Assembly (NCBI GenBank): GCA_046484865.1
Contig: JAWOID010000018.1
Location: 64,001-128,000, forward strand
Direction: 5' to 3'
DNA: 64,000 nucleotides
Source of the DNA: Candidatus Krumholzibacteriia bacterium
GTDB lineage: Bacteria; Krumholzibacteriota; Krumholzibacteriia; LZORAL124-64-63
A program made the position numbers and the translations under genes. Shown in pieces: positions 9,443 to 19,270 of this stretch (the first letter of the stretch is position 1; each line of letters begins with the position of its first letter). The notes under the pieces are model-generated. The model was not told the origin of the DNA. It did no database searches and saw nothing but the letters and a program-made list of their open reading frames with translations.

Positions 9443-10474
9443 TCACGCCTCCGGCGTGCGCCGGCGGCGCTCGCCGAGGATCTCGGCCGCGGTGACGGCC
9501 ACGGTGCCGAGTTCGCGCACCGCCACCCCCGCCGCCCGGTTCGCCAGCGCCGCCGCCGTCATGTAGTCGGCGCCCGCGGTGAGGGCCGCGGTGTACACGG
9601 CGACCACGGTATCCCCCGCACCGGTCACGTCGAACACCTCGGTGGCCTCGGTGGGCAGGTGATGGGCCGCACCGTCGCGCTGGTAGATCGCGATGCCGTG
9701 CTCGCCGCGCGTGATCAGCACGGCCTCCGAACCGGTGCGCTCCAGGAGCATGCGTCCGGCGGTGTCGAGGCTCGCCCGGTCCTCGATGTCGATGCCGCAC
9801 GCCTGCTCCGCCTCGCGCTGGTTGGGCGTGAGGGAGGTGGCCCCGTAGTACTGGGAGTAGTCGCCGCGCTTCGGGTCGACCACCGCCACGCCTCCGCGCT
9901 CGCGGACGTGGCTGATGGCGCGCGCCAGGGTGAGGTCGGTGAGCACGCCCTTGCCGTAATCGCTGAGGACCACGCCGTCGAAGGGACCGCTCTCCACCAG
10001 CCGGCGCACGAGCTGGTCGGTGATCGCGGCCGTCACCGCGTCGACGCGTTCGCGGTCGGCCCTCACCACCTGCTGGCTGTGCGCGATGATGCGCGTCTTC
10101 ACCGTGGTGGGACGGTCGTCCACCTCGATCAGGCCGTCGTCCTCGATCCCCGCTTCCGCCAGCAGGCGGCGCAGGTGCGTCGCCGCCTCGTCCTGGCCGC
10201 AGACCGCCAGCAGGGTGACCCTGGCCCCCAGGGCCCGGATGTTGGCTGCCACGTTGGCGGCACCGCCCAGCGTGGCCGTCTCGCGCTCCAGACGCACGAC
10301 CGGAACCGGAGCCTCGGGACTGACACGATCGACGCGCCCCCAGAGGAAGCGGTCGAGCATGCAGTCGCCCAGGACGGCGAGGCGCCTGCCGGCGATGCGT
10401 TGCAGCAGCCCGTCATCGCCCGTTGCGGGCGTGTGGGCGGCGGACGCGGGGATGTCCTTGTCAGCGGGGGGCAT
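9443..10474 (-). CDS. rfaE1: D-glycero-beta-D-manno-heptose-7-phosphate kinase (RfaE domain I / HldA)
   Basis: GDCMLD, RVSPEAPVPV, GGAANVA, SDYGKG and DVTGAGDTV motifs; start approximate. Confidence 0.9.
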   Translation of the reverse strand: MPPADKDIPASAAHTPATGDDGLLQRIAGRRLAVLGDCMLDRFLWGRVDRVSPEAPVPVVRLERETATLGGAANVAANIRALGARVTLLAVCGQDEAATHLRRLLAEAGIEDDGLIEVDDRPTTVKTRIIAHSQQVVRADRERVDAVTAAITDQLVRRLVESGPFDGVVLSDYGKGVLTDLTLARAISHVRERGGVAVVDPKRGDYSQYYGATSLTPNQREAEQACGIDIEDRASLDTAGRMLLERTGSEAVLITRGEHGIAIYQRDGAAHHLPTEATEVFDVTGAGDTVVAVYTAALTAGADYMTAAALANRAAGVAVRELGTVAVTAAEILGERRRRTPEA

Positions 10475-10599
10475 GCGCGCCTTCTTTGTCCATGACGGTC
10501 GCGGGCCGGGGGCGGGCCGTCGCGAGAACGGCGGCACGCTAGCATCGGCCGCCGGGAGTGTCAACCGCAGCCCCTGCACCATCTCCAGGAGGCGACCGC

Positions 10600-10920
10600 G
10601 TGAACAAGCCACAGCGCCCGCAGATCCAGGTGGACCTCGGGGAGAAGGAAGCCGAGGGGATCTATGCCAACTTCGCGATCATCACCCACAGCGCCTCGGA
10701 GTTCATCGTCGACTTCGCCAGGCTGCTGCCGGGTCTGCCGAAGAGCAAGGTCTTCGCCCGGATCATCATGACCCCGCAGAACGCGAAGGCGCTGCAGCGC
10801 ACGCTCCAGACGAACGTGGAACGGTTCGAGCAGACCCACGGCGAGATCAAGCTGTCCGCGCAGCCCGGCGCCACCTCGGGACAGAACGCGGGCATCGGGT
10901 TCCAGTCGTCGGAGGAGTAG
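10600..10920 (+). CDS. DUF3467 family protein
   Basis: GIYANFAIITHSASEFIVDF...ARIIMTPQNAK...FEQTHGEI; GTG start with AGGAGG RBS. Only plus-strand gene supported. Confidence 0.85.
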   Translation: MNKPQRPQIQVDLGEKEAEGIYANFAIITHSASEFIVDFARLLPGLPKSKVFARIIMTPQNAKALQRTLQTNVERFEQTHGEIKLSAQPGATSGQNAGIGFQSSEE

Positions 10921-10969
10921 CCGGCACCGCGGCCGCGGCTGGACCGTCGCGCACCGGCGGGGAAGACGG

Positions 10970-11920
10970 TCAGCCCGCAGCGGCGCCGGCGGCCGGGGGC
11001 TGCGTCTTCCAGCGCCGGTGCACCCACCAGTAGTGTTCGGGCGCCGCGCGCACCGCCTCCTCCAGCTCGCGGGTGTGGGCCTCGGTGAGGCGCGCGATGG
11101 CGGTGGCCTCGTCCCAGGCGGGGTCGGCACGGTGGGGGGCGTTGAATCGCAGCACGTGGGTGCCGTCCGGCAGGCGGCGTGGGAACCCGGTCAGCAGCGG
11201 GCAGCCCAGCCGGTAGGCGTACGCCGCCGGACCTCGGTAGACCGACGCCGGCCGGCCGAGGAACTCGACGAAGTGTCCGAGCGGTCCGGCGTCCTGGTCC
11301 CCCAGCAATCCCACGAGATCACCCCGGCGCAGCGCCCGGATCATCTCCTTGAGCGACGGTCCGACGCGGATGATCCCCACCCCCACGCGCCGCCGCAGGT
11401 CGTTCTGGAGGCGGTCGACGCGCGGGTTGGACTGCGTCTTGGCGAGCGCCTGCACCGGATAGCCCCGCGCGGCCACCGCCGCCGCCTGCAACTCCCAGTT
11501 GCCGTAGTGTCCCGAGACCAGCAGCGCGCCGCGCCCCTCCCGGCGCACCTCCTCGAGGTAGTGTTCGTTCTCGATGACGGTGATCCGGCGCACCCCCTCG
11601 GGGCCGAGCTTCGAGAAGGCGCAGAACTCGAGCAGGGTCGTGCCCAGTTCCACGTAGAAGCGCCGGGCAAGTCCCTCGATCTCGGCCGGGGTTTGCTCGG
11701 CGCCGAATGCGGCGCGCAGATTGGCGAGCACCACGTCCCGGCGCACCGGCGCCACGTGCCAGGCGGCGCGTCCCAGGCGCCGTCCCCAGGGGCGGAGAGA
11801 GTGCCAGGGCAGGCGGGCGGCACCCGCCTGGATGCTGCGCAGGAGGGCGTAGTCGGCCGCGTGCCGCAGGCGTTTGCCGGGCGGCCGCTCGTCTCGCGGC
11901 GCTGATCGCGTCGATTCCAC
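10970..11920 (-). CDS. Lipid A biosynthesis / lysophospholipid acyltransferase (LpxL/HtrB family)
   Basis: GHYGNWE, LGDQDAG, FLGRPA and PEHYWWVHRRWK motifs. Confidence 0.88.
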   Translation of the reverse strand: MESTRSAPRDERPPGKRLRHAADYALLRSIQAGAARLPWHSLRPWGRRLGRAAWHVAPVRRDVVLANLRAAFGAEQTPAEIEGLARRFYVELGTTLLEFCAFSKLGPEGVRRITVIENEHYLEEVRREGRGALLVSGHYGNWELQAAAVAARGYPVQALAKTQSNPRVDRLQNDLRRRVGVGIIRVGPSLKEMIRALRRGDLVGLLGDQDAGPLGHFVEFLGRPASVYRGPAAYAYRLGCPLLTGFPRRLPDGTHVLRFNAPHRADPAWDEATAIARLTEAHTRELEEAVRAAPEHYWWVHRRWKTQPPAAGAAAG

Positions 11921-12001
11921 GTCGGATCCCGGTCAGGGTCCAGGTGCAGCCCGCGGGCGCAGCCGCCGCCGGCCGCGCGCGCGCGAGTTGCGCGCCGGGG
12001 C

Positions 12002-12898
12002 TCAAGGGTCCCAGATGGTACGAGCCAGGCGGCCGCCTGGCAACCGCCGGATCAGCCCGGCCAGTTCCAGCGCCAGCATACCCTCGGCCCATGCTCCCTC
12101 GCTGCCGCACCAGCGGCGGCGCAGGTCGTCCCGGCATACGCCCTCCAGGTCGAGCCGGTCCCAGATCCAGCGGGCCGGACTGCCCGGCGCAGGCCGGAGC
12201 GTGCCGTTGCCGCGCGCGTCGGCCCGCACGACGTCCCGGGTCGCCTCCGGCTGGCCGAGTTCGCGCACCACGTCCGCCGCGCTCTCGACCAGGACGCCGC
12301 CCTGGCGCAGCAGATGATGGCAGCCACGCGATTCCTCGCGATCCACCGGCCCGGGCACCGCGAAGACCTCGCGCCCGAGGTCGAGAGCGAGGTATGCCGT
12401 CAGCAGGGCGCCACTGCGTCGCGGCGCCTCGACGACCACCACGCCGGCAGCCAGCGCAGCGATGAGCCGGTTGCGGCGCGGGAACTGGTGCCGGTGGGGC
12501 GTCACGCCGGACGGCAGCTCCGTCACGGCGCAGCCCGACGCCTCGATCTGCCGGCGCAGGGCGCGGTGCCGGGACGGATAGGTGATCTCGATGCCGGTGG
12601 CCATCACCGCGACGGTGCGGCCACCGGCTGCGAGGGCTCCCCGGTGCGCGGCGGCGTCGATGCCGAGCGCCAACCCGCTCGCGATCGTCCAGCCCGCCAT
12701 GGCCAGGTCGGCCGCCAGGCGCTCGGCCACGGCCAACCCTCTCGAGGTGGCGCCGCGGGTGCCCACGACGGCCACCGCCGGAGCGGCGAGCGCGGAGGGG
12801 TCTCCCGTCACGTGGACCTGCGCAGGCGAATCGCGCAGGTCGTCCCAGCCCGCCGGCCACGGTGGGCGGCCGCGCGCGAGGAGGAGCGGTGTCGGCAC
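12002..12898 (-). CDS. dprA: DNA-processing protein DprA (short N-terminus)
   Basis: VAVVGTR, SGLALGIDAAAH, FPRRNRLI, SGALLTA and GREVFAVPG motifs; GTG start after GGAGAGG. Confidence 0.92.
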   Translation of the reverse strand: MPTPLLLARGRPPWPAGWDDLRDSPAQVHVTGDPSALAAPAVAVVGTRGATSRGLAVAERLAADLAMAGWTIASGLALGIDAAAHRGALAAGGRTVAVMATGIEITYPSRHRALRRQIEASGCAVTELPSGVTPHRHQFPRRNRLIAALAAGVVVVEAPRRSGALLTAYLALDLGREVFAVPGPVDREESRGCHHLLRQGGVLVESAADVVRELGQPEATRDVVRADARGNGTLRPAPGSPARWIWDRLDLEGVCRDDLRRRWCGSEGAWAEGMLALELAGLIRRLPGGRLARTIWDP

Positions 12899-12935
12899 GA
12901 TTCGCCGATCCTCTCCGGGAGGCGGTGAGAAGGGC

Positions 12936-13991
12936 TCAGGGTCTCGGCGCCCCTGGCGGCGGCGCATCCGGGCCGCCCGGCTCGTCGGGTGCCTGCGGTG
13001 CCGGCCAGCGTCGCAGCAGGCGGCGGAGCCCGCCCAGTCCGGAACCGGTGGCCGACGAGATCATGAGCGTGGTCTCCGCGCCGCGCGTGCGCGCCCAGTT
13101 CTCCACCTTCGCCTGGACCGCGGCCGCGGCGGACTCGTCCAGGAGATCGGACTTCGTCAGGACCACGGTGAAGGGAAGTCGCTCCAGGCCGTGTCCGTAG
13201 GCGCCCAGTTCCTCGCGCAGCATCCGCGCCGACTCCCACGGTTCGCCGTCGGCCGCGTCCACGAGCAGCAGCAGGGCCCGGGTGCGCTCGATGTGGCGCA
13301 GGAACTCGTGCCCCAGCCCCTTGCCGGCCGCTGCGCCCTCGATGAGCCCGGGAATGTCGGCCAGAGTGCAGCTGGCGTAATCGCCGAGATCCGCGATGCC
13401 CAGGTTGGGTACCAGGGTGGTGAACGGGTAGTCGGCCACCTTCGGCTGGGCGGCCGTGAGCACCGACAGCAGGGTGGACTTCCCGGCGTTCGGCGCGCCC
13501 ACGAGGCCGACGTCCGCGATGAGCCGCAGTTCCAGACGCACCTCGAGCGATTCGCCCGGTTGCCCGGACGTGGCCTTGCGGGGGGTCTGGTTACGCGAGG
13601 AGCGGAACTGCCAGTTGCCCTTGCCGCCGCGGCCGCCGCTTGCCACCAGCAACCGGTCTTCAGGCGCGATCAGATCGCCCAGCAACTCGCCCGTCTCGAC
13701 CCGGAACACCGAGGTGCCGCAGGGCACGGGGATGACCACGTCCTCGCCGGCGGCGCCCGTCCGGCGTTGCCCGCCGCCGGGTGAGCCGTCCTTGGCCTGG
13801 TAACGGCGGCGGTAGCGGAAGTCCATGAGCGTGGTGCTGTCCGAGGTGGCCGCGAAGACCACGGAACCGCCGCGGCCCCCGTCGCCGCCGTCGGGGCCGC
13901 CCCGCGGGACGAACTTCTCGCGGCGGACGGAGATGCAGCCGTCGCCGCCGCGACCGCCTGCCACGTGGATGATGGCGACGTCGATGAACAC
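12936..13991 (-). CDS. obgE: GTPase Obg/CgtA
   Basis: (M)FIDVA, GGPDGGDGGRGG, GAPNAGKST, YPFTT, DIPGLIEGA and TKSD motifs. Confidence 0.96.
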   Translation of the reverse strand: MFIDVAIIHVAGGRGGDGCISVRREKFVPRGGPDGGDGGRGGSVVFAATSDSTTLMDFRYRRRYQAKDGSPGGGQRRTGAAGEDVVIPVPCGTSVFRVETGELLGDLIAPEDRLLVASGGRGGKGNWQFRSSRNQTPRKATSGQPGESLEVRLELRLIADVGLVGAPNAGKSTLLSVLTAAQPKVADYPFTTLVPNLGIADLGDYASCTLADIPGLIEGAAAGKGLGHEFLRHIERTRALLLLVDAADGEPWESARMLREELGAYGHGLERLPFTVVLTKSDLLDESAAAAVQAKVENWARTRGAETTLMISSATGSGLGGLRRLLRRWPAPQAPDEPGGPDAPPPGAPRP

Positions 13992-14199
13992 GTTCGCTCC
14001 TGGTTCCGTGCAGGGAACGCGGTCGCGTTCGCCGCCGGTGGAAGCAAGGATGGTGCGCCGGGCACGCCATCGGGGACCGGACCGGACAACCCGTCGCTGC
14101 AGAGGCCGCAGACCCGCCGGCAGCGACCGCCGCTCGGGCATGACTGCAGCCCCGTCCGCCGGCGGCGTCGCGGCACGGTGACGCCGGGTCCGCTCCCCG

Positions 14200-14697
14200 T
14201 CACTCGCGGGGGTCGGCGCGGCCGAGCGCGCGGCGCAGACGATCGACCACCGCGGAGGGCACCAGTGCCTCCAGATCGCCGCCGTGGCGCGCCACGTCGC
14301 GCACGAGGGTGCTGCTGACCGCCGCCAGGTCCGGTCGTGCTAGCAGGTAGACACACTCGAAATCCGGCGCCAGCAGCCGGTTCACGTTGGCCAGCGCCCA
14401 CTCGTGCTCGTAGTCGCCGGAGGAGCGGATGCCGCGCACGACTCCCACGGCCCCGCGCCGCCGGACCTCGTCCACGAGCAGACCGCCGAACCCCTGCACG
14501 TCGCAGCCCGGCAGGCCCGTCGCGGCTGCGCGGGCGAGTTCGACGCGTTCCGACACGGGCAGGAATGCGGCCTTGCCGGCTTCCGCGACCACCACCGTCA
14601 CGCGGTCGAACAGCTTCAGCGCCCGCTGCAGGACATCCAGGTGGCCGCGGTGGAAGGGATCGAACGAACCCGGGTAGAGGACGTGACGGTCGTTCAT
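14200..14697 (-). CDS. coaD: Phosphopantetheine adenylyltransferase
   Basis: YPGSFDPFHRGH, VRGIR and VSSTLVR motifs. Confidence 0.95.
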   Translation of the reverse strand: MNDRHVLYPGSFDPFHRGHLDVLQRALKLFDRVTVVVAEAGKAAFLPVSERVELARAAATGLPGCDVQGFGGLLVDEVRRRGAVGVVRGIRSSGDYEHEWALANVNRLLAPDFECVYLLARPDLAAVSSTLVRDVARHGGDLEALVPSAVVDRLRRALGRADPRE

Positions 14698-14706
14698 GCG
14701 GACTCC

Positions 14707-15312
14707 CTAGCTTCCGGGTGGCGGTTCCGCGCCGGGTTCGCCGGCGCCAGCGGGCTCGCTTTCGTCAGGTCGCAGGATCGTCAGCGCCGTCCGCCCGTAC
14801 CGCCGTCGATCGGGCACGAGCGGCCCCACGGACGGCAACATCTCCTCCGCGGCGTGCTCCAGGGCCGCCGCGCGCAGGGGAACGCGCAGCGCCAGGTCGC
14901 CGATCCCGGCCGCCAGTTCCGCGGCGAGCCCGGTGCCGTAGGGGGGGTCCGCCACCACCAGCACGTCCTCCCCCGCCACGTCCCGCCCCGCGGCCGCCAG
15001 CCAGCGGCGCGCATCGGACCGCACCAGCCGGTATGTGGCGGGATCGGCTCCGCAGGCCGCCAGGTTCGCGGCGGTCAGTTCCAGCGAGCGCCGGTCGCGA
15101 TCGACGAACACCGCCCGGACCGCCCCGCGGCTGAGCGCCTCGATCCCCAGTCCCCCGGCCCCGCAGCAGAGGTCGACCACCAGCACGCCCGGTACGTCCA
15201 GCGCCAGGATCGAGAAGAGCGCCTCCTTGACGCGGTCGGCGGTGGGGCGCACGACCAGCCGCCGATCCATGCGCAGCCGTCGCCCGCGCCAGCGGCCGCC
15301 GCTGACTCTCAC
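14707..15312 (-). CDS. rsmD: 16S rRNA m2G966 methyltransferase RsmD family
   Basis: RVSGGRWRGRRL, RPTADRVKEALF, GIEALSRGA and DPPY motifs; adjacent to coaD. Confidence 0.88.
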   Translation of the reverse strand: MRVSGGRWRGRRLRMDRRLVVRPTADRVKEALFSILALDVPGVLVVDLCCGAGGLGIEALSRGAVRAVFVDRDRRSLELTAANLAACGADPATYRLVRSDARRWLAAAGRDVAGEDVLVVADPPYGTGLAAELAAGIGDLALRVPLRAAALEHAAEEMLPSVGPLVPDRRRYGRTALTILRPDESEPAGAGEPGAEPPPGS

Positions 15313-15376
15313 CCGACGCACCTTTCGTCGTCGTCCCGGGTTCCCGGTTCCCGTGCCGGGCGGCGGTCGCCGTCCG

Positions 15377-15934
15377 TCACGCCGCGGAGAGGGCGCCGCG
15401 TCTCCGCGAGAGCCGGCGACGCCAGATGAGACCGCGCAGCAGCGCGGTCTGGGCCACGTCCCGCGGCGGCATGCGGTCGGTGCGTAGCCGGAAGTCCGCC
15501 GCCGCCGCGTACAGCGGCAACCTACGGGCATGGAGCGATCGCAGGCCCTCCCACCCCAGCAACTGGATCAGCGACCGCGCCCCGGCGCCCGTCGGGCCGA
15601 CCTCGAGCCGCGCCCGCAGCACCTCCCAGGGAGCATCCAGCCAGAAGACCGCACCGCGTTCCCGCAGCAATCCGACCGCTTCGCCGCTCTCCACCACGCC
15701 ACCGCCGGCCGCCAGGATCAGCGATGGAGCCGCGCTCAGCCGGGTGAGCGTCTCCAGTTCGAGGCCGCGGAGCCCCGCCTCTCCTTCGCGTCTGGAGAGT
15801 TCCGCCAGCGTCGCGCCCGAGGTGCGCTCGATCTCGTCGTCCAGGTCCAGCGCCACGCGCCCGGTGGCGCGTCGCAGATGCCTGGCCGCGGTACTCTTGC
15901 CGCTGCCCATGAAACCGATGAACGTCGTCCACAT
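15377..15934 (-). CDS. aroK: Shikimate kinase
   Basis: IGFMGSGKST, DLDDEIE, GGGVV and RLPLY motifs; classic position after pilQ. Confidence 0.88.
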   Translation of the reverse strand: MWTTFIGFMGSGKSTAARHLRRATGRVALDLDDEIERTSGATLAELSRREGEAGLRGLELETLTRLSAAPSLILAAGGGVVESGEAVGLLRERGAVFWLDAPWEVLRARLEVGPTGAGARSLIQLLGWEGLRSLHARRLPLYAAAADFRLRTDRMPPRDVAQTALLRGLIWRRRLSRRRGALSAA

Positions 15935-16021
15935 GGCAACCCCCGGCCCGCTGCCGGCTCCGGTCCGGCGCGGCGACCGGCCTCCGGATGACGGCCGATC
16001 GACCGCGCGCCGATAGTAGGG

Positions 16022-16058
16022 AAAAAGCCGGACCGGAGCAAGGTCGCTCCGGTCCGGC
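16022..16058 (-). terminator. Intrinsic terminator after pilQ
   Basis: 13-bp stem GCCGGACCGGAGC / GCTCCGGTCCGGC followed on the minus strand by TTTTT. Confidence 0.8.
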
Positions 16059-16082
16059 GGGAAGGGCTCCGTGCGAGCGCGG

Positions 16083-17456
16083 CTAGAAGAACGCGGGCTC
16101 CTGCAGGGAACGCTGCTCCAGCGGCTCTTCCCCGTAGTACAGGCTGCCGCGATTCAGGTATTCGGACGTGATGATGCGCGGCGTGACGAAGATCACCAGC
16201 TCACGCTCGGCACGCGTCCTCGAGGTGTGCTTGAAGAGCTGCCCCAGCAGGGGAATGTCCTTCAGCACCGGCACGCCCTTCTCGTAACTGGACTCGACGT
16301 CGCGGATCAGGCCGGCGATGATGGCCGTCGCACCGTTCTCCACGAGCACCCGGGTGTCCGCCTCGTTGGTGTTGATGATCACGCCGCCCTGCACCGTGGC
16401 CTGGCTGGAGAGGTCGCTGACCTCGTTGTGGATGTCCAGCGTGATCTTGTCGGGGCTGTTGATGTGCGGCGTCACCAGCATCTGGATGCCGATCGTGGTG
16501 AGCTGCGTGATGGCGTTGCCGGCCTCGTCCGAGACGATCAGCGGGATCTTCTGCCCCACCAGGATCTTCGCCTCGCGGTTGTCGGCGGTGGTCACCACCG
16601 GATTGCTGATCAGCCGGGCCTTGTTGTTCTGCTGCATGGCCTCGAGCTTGGCCATCAGGTCGCCGTAGGACTGCACGGTGCCGATGCGGAAGTCGCCCGA
16701 CGGATCCTGCACCGGGCTGGAGACCGTGGCGCTCCCCACCACGTTGCCGCCGTCCGGCTTGAAGTTGGCGATTCCCCAGCTGATGCCCAGCTCGCGCGTG
16801 GCCCGCGTGTCCATGTCCACCAGGCGGGCGTTGATCTCCACCTGAGGCGTCTCGGTGTCGAGCCTGAGCGCCATGTCCTCCATGATCGCCACCCGCTCCG
16901 GGATGTCGTTGATCAGGATGGCGTTGGTGCGGGTGTCGACGTCGATCTTCCCGCGCGAGGTGAGCATGTCCTCGAGCGTGCCCTTCACCTCGGCGGCGTT
17001 GGCGTAGTGGAGCGTGACCATGCCCATCGTGAGCTTCTCCAGGTCAGCCACGCTGCGGTCCGCCTGCTTCTCGGCCAGCCTCTCCTGTCGCAGTGCGTCG
17101 GCAGAGTCCACCCGGAAGATGCCGTTCTCCACCACGTAATCGAAGCTGTGCGCCCGCAGGATCACGCCGAGGGCCTTCTGCCAGGGCACGTCCTCGAGCT
17201 TGACCGTGACCTTGCCCTGCACGCGCGGCGACGCCACGATGTTCGTCCCCGAGAAGCTCGCCAGGCTGCGCAGGACGGTGCCGATGTCGGCGTCCTGCAC
17301 GTCGAGGGAGATGGGGCGGCTGTGGTCCGCCGGCACCGTGACCGTTGCAGCCAGGTCCGTCTGCTGGGCGAGCGCCGGGCAGGCCGCCAGCAGCACGGTC
17401 AGCGCCGCCAGGGCGGACCAGGGCTTCCTTGCCATAGGTCGCGTCCGACCGATCAT
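16083..17456 (-). CDS. pilQ: Type IV pilus secretin (short form, no AMIN domains evident)
   Basis: Signal peptide; ISLDVQDADI, DTRTNAI, PQVEINAR, VPVLKDIPLLGQLF and ELVIFVTPRI motifs. Confidence 0.93.
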   Translation of the reverse strand: MIGRTRPMARKPWSALAALTVLLAACPALAQQTDLAATVTVPADHSRPISLDVQDADIGTVLRSLASFSGTNIVASPRVQGKVTVKLEDVPWQKALGVILRAHSFDYVVENGIFRVDSADALRQERLAEKQADRSVADLEKLTMGMVTLHYANAAEVKGTLEDMLTSRGKIDVDTRTNAILINDIPERVAIMEDMALRLDTETPQVEINARLVDMDTRATRELGISWGIANFKPDGGNVVGSATVSSPVQDPSGDFRIGTVQSYGDLMAKLEAMQQNNKARLISNPVVTTADNREAKILVGQKIPLIVSDEAGNAITQLTTIGIQMLVTPHINSPDKITLDIHNEVSDLSSQATVQGGVIINTNEADTRVLVENGATAIIAGLIRDVESSYEKGVPVLKDIPLLGQLFKHTSRTRAERELVIFVTPRIITSEYLNRGSLYYGEEPLEQRSLQEPAFF

Positions 17457-17460
17457 GATG

Positions 17461-17973
17461 TTACCCCTCCGTTCTGTCGAGCTTGAGGACCACCGTGTTG
17501 GCGATCCCGTACAGGACGACGCGCGCGGTCAACCGATCCTCGCTCACCGCGGTGACGCGGCCGTTGCGGACCCGGTCGCCGAGGCGCAGGATGTAGCCGA
17601 ACCCGTCCGTGTCCTCCACCAGGGCGAAATGGTCGTCGGCACCCCACATGACGCCGACGAGCCTGGCGGTATTCAGATCCACCAGTTCAGCACCGGTGGC
17701 CGGCTGGTAATCGCCGGACACCAGGACCCCGAACGGGTCCGGCTTGCCGAAGGACTGGTAGAAGAACTCGTTGCGGCGGATCTGGTTGATCCGCTCGCGC
17801 GCTTCCTGCGACGGCGACGACGACTCGTCCGTGACGTCGCGGTTCAGCGTCGCAGGCGACTCCGTGGGCGCGGCCACCGCCGCATCCTGCGCGCGGACTC
17901 CGGTCGCTCCCGTGGCACAGACCACCAGGAACCAGCCGAGCGCCAGCGCGATCATGCTCTGCTTCCGCGTCAT
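17461..17973 (-). CDS. pilP: PilP-like pilus assembly protein
   Basis: KPDPF motif, LVGVMW...ALVED...G.R.GDRV; lies between pilO and pilQ. Confidence 0.72.
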   Translation of the reverse strand: MTRKQSMIALALGWFLVVCATGATGVRAQDAAVAAPTESPATLNRDVTDESSSPSQEARERINQIRRNEFFYQSFGKPDPFGVLVSGDYQPATGAELVDLNTARLVGVMWGADDHFALVEDTDGFGYILRLGDRVRNGRVTAVSEDRLTARVVLYGIANTVVLKLDRTEG

Positions 17974-17986
17974 CCTCCGCCCCCTT

Positions 17987-18679
17987 CTAGTGCCGCGCCC
18001 TGGCGGCGGTGCTGGCCTGGGTCGTCCCGTCGACCCCGGCATCGCCGCCGGCGTCCGTGGCTCCCGATCTGGCGAGTTCGCGCGTCTGTGCGGGCTCCCC
18101 GGGCACCCCTCCGCCGAGGGTGTAGGCGGTCAGACGGAATGTGGTCTCCACGCCGCCCACCTCTTCGTCCTTGCCCTCGCGGCCACGCATCTGCAGGCTG
18201 CTCACGTTGACGATCCGGTTGAGATTCGCGAGCCGGCTCAGGAAGACGCCGGTCTGGTGGTATCCGCCCAGGACCCGCACCTCGACCGGGTTGTCCGTGT
18301 AGAAACCGCGGGGCAACGGGTCCTGGGGCCGGAACAGGTCGAATTCCACGCCGGACTGCTGCCCCGCCGCCGTGACCTTGCGCAGCAGATTGGGCATCTC
18401 GTTCTGCTCCGGCAGCAGGGTCTGCGCCACCTTCCACTGCTCGTGGAGGATGGCGTACTCCTGTTCCACGCGCTCGAGGTTGCGCACCAGCAGGCGCGCC
18501 TTCTCGAGGTCGCGACTCAGCACCTGGTGGCGCGCCTCCAGTTGCTCCACGTTCGTCTGCCGCGCCGCGTGGGTGAACGGCGCGACCGTGGACGCGAAGT
18601 CCAGGGGCACGACCGTCACCACCACCAGGATGGCGATCGCCCAGCGCAGGAAACGGGGATCCTTGACGTCGATGTTCAT
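17987..18679 (-). CDS. pilO: Type IVa pilus assembly protein PilO
   Basis: N-terminal TM and coiled coil; LLPEQNEMPNLL and GGYHQ..FL..L.RIVN motifs. Confidence 0.9.
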   Translation of the reverse strand: MNIDVKDPRFLRWAIAILVVVTVVPLDFASTVAPFTHAARQTNVEQLEARHQVLSRDLEKARLLVRNLERVEQEYAILHEQWKVAQTLLPEQNEMPNLLRKVTAAGQQSGVEFDLFRPQDPLPRGFYTDNPVEVRVLGGYHQTGVFLSRLANLNRIVNVSSLQMRGREGKDEEVGGVETTFRLTAYTLGGGVPGEPAQTRELARSGATDAGGDAGVDGTTQASTAARARH

Positions 18680-18691
18680 GCGAAGCTCTCC

Positions 18692-19270
18692 TCAGCCGCC
18701 GAAACCGACGTCCGGCGCATGGCGCACGGCCGTGGTCTGGGCCTTGAACTTGACCACCTTCACCTCGCCGATCATCCCCTTCTCGGCCACGAGCAGGTCG
18801 ACGCCGGCGAAGTACGGCGACAGCGCCAGGTTCTGCAGGAAATCGCTGACCAGGAAGTTCGAGAACGTCACGCCCTCCACCGCGTAGCGGTCGCCGCCGA
18901 CGTCCTCGAAGCGGGTCAGCCAGAGGTGGCCCGGCAGGCTGCGGTTCAGCTCGTCGAGCAGGTGCACCCGGTGGTAGCGGTCGCGGTCGAGCTGCGTGAT
19001 CGCGTCGAGACGCTCGTTCAGGTCCTGCCGCTGCTCGTTCAGCCGCTTGATCTTCGCGATCTCCGGCGCCAGGCGGCGGCTCTCGGCCTCTTCCTGGGCG
19101 ATGACCTGCTCGAGCTGTGCGGTCTTCTGATCCTGGTAGAAGTGGGCCGCGCCGATGCCGGCGGCCGCCACGAGCACCATTGCCACCGGCGCGAAGGCGC
19201 CCAGGTTCGGCAGGGCGATGCCGCGCTTGGCCGGGGCCTCCTCACGGGGCAGCAGGTTGATCCGGATCAT
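18692..19270 (-). CDS. pilN: Type IVa pilus assembly protein PilN
   Basis: MIRINLLP PilM-binding motif, TM, coiled coil, LPGHLWL. Confidence 0.92.
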   Translation of the reverse strand: MIRINLLPREEAPAKRGIALPNLGAFAPVAMVLVAAAGIGAAHFYQDQKTAQLEQVIAQEEAESRRLAPEIAKIKRLNEQRQDLNERLDAITQLDRDRYHRVHLLDELNRSLPGHLWLTRFEDVGGDRYAVEGVTFSNFLVSDFLQNLALSPYFAGVDLLVAEKGMIGEVKVVKFKAQTTAVRHAPDVGFGG

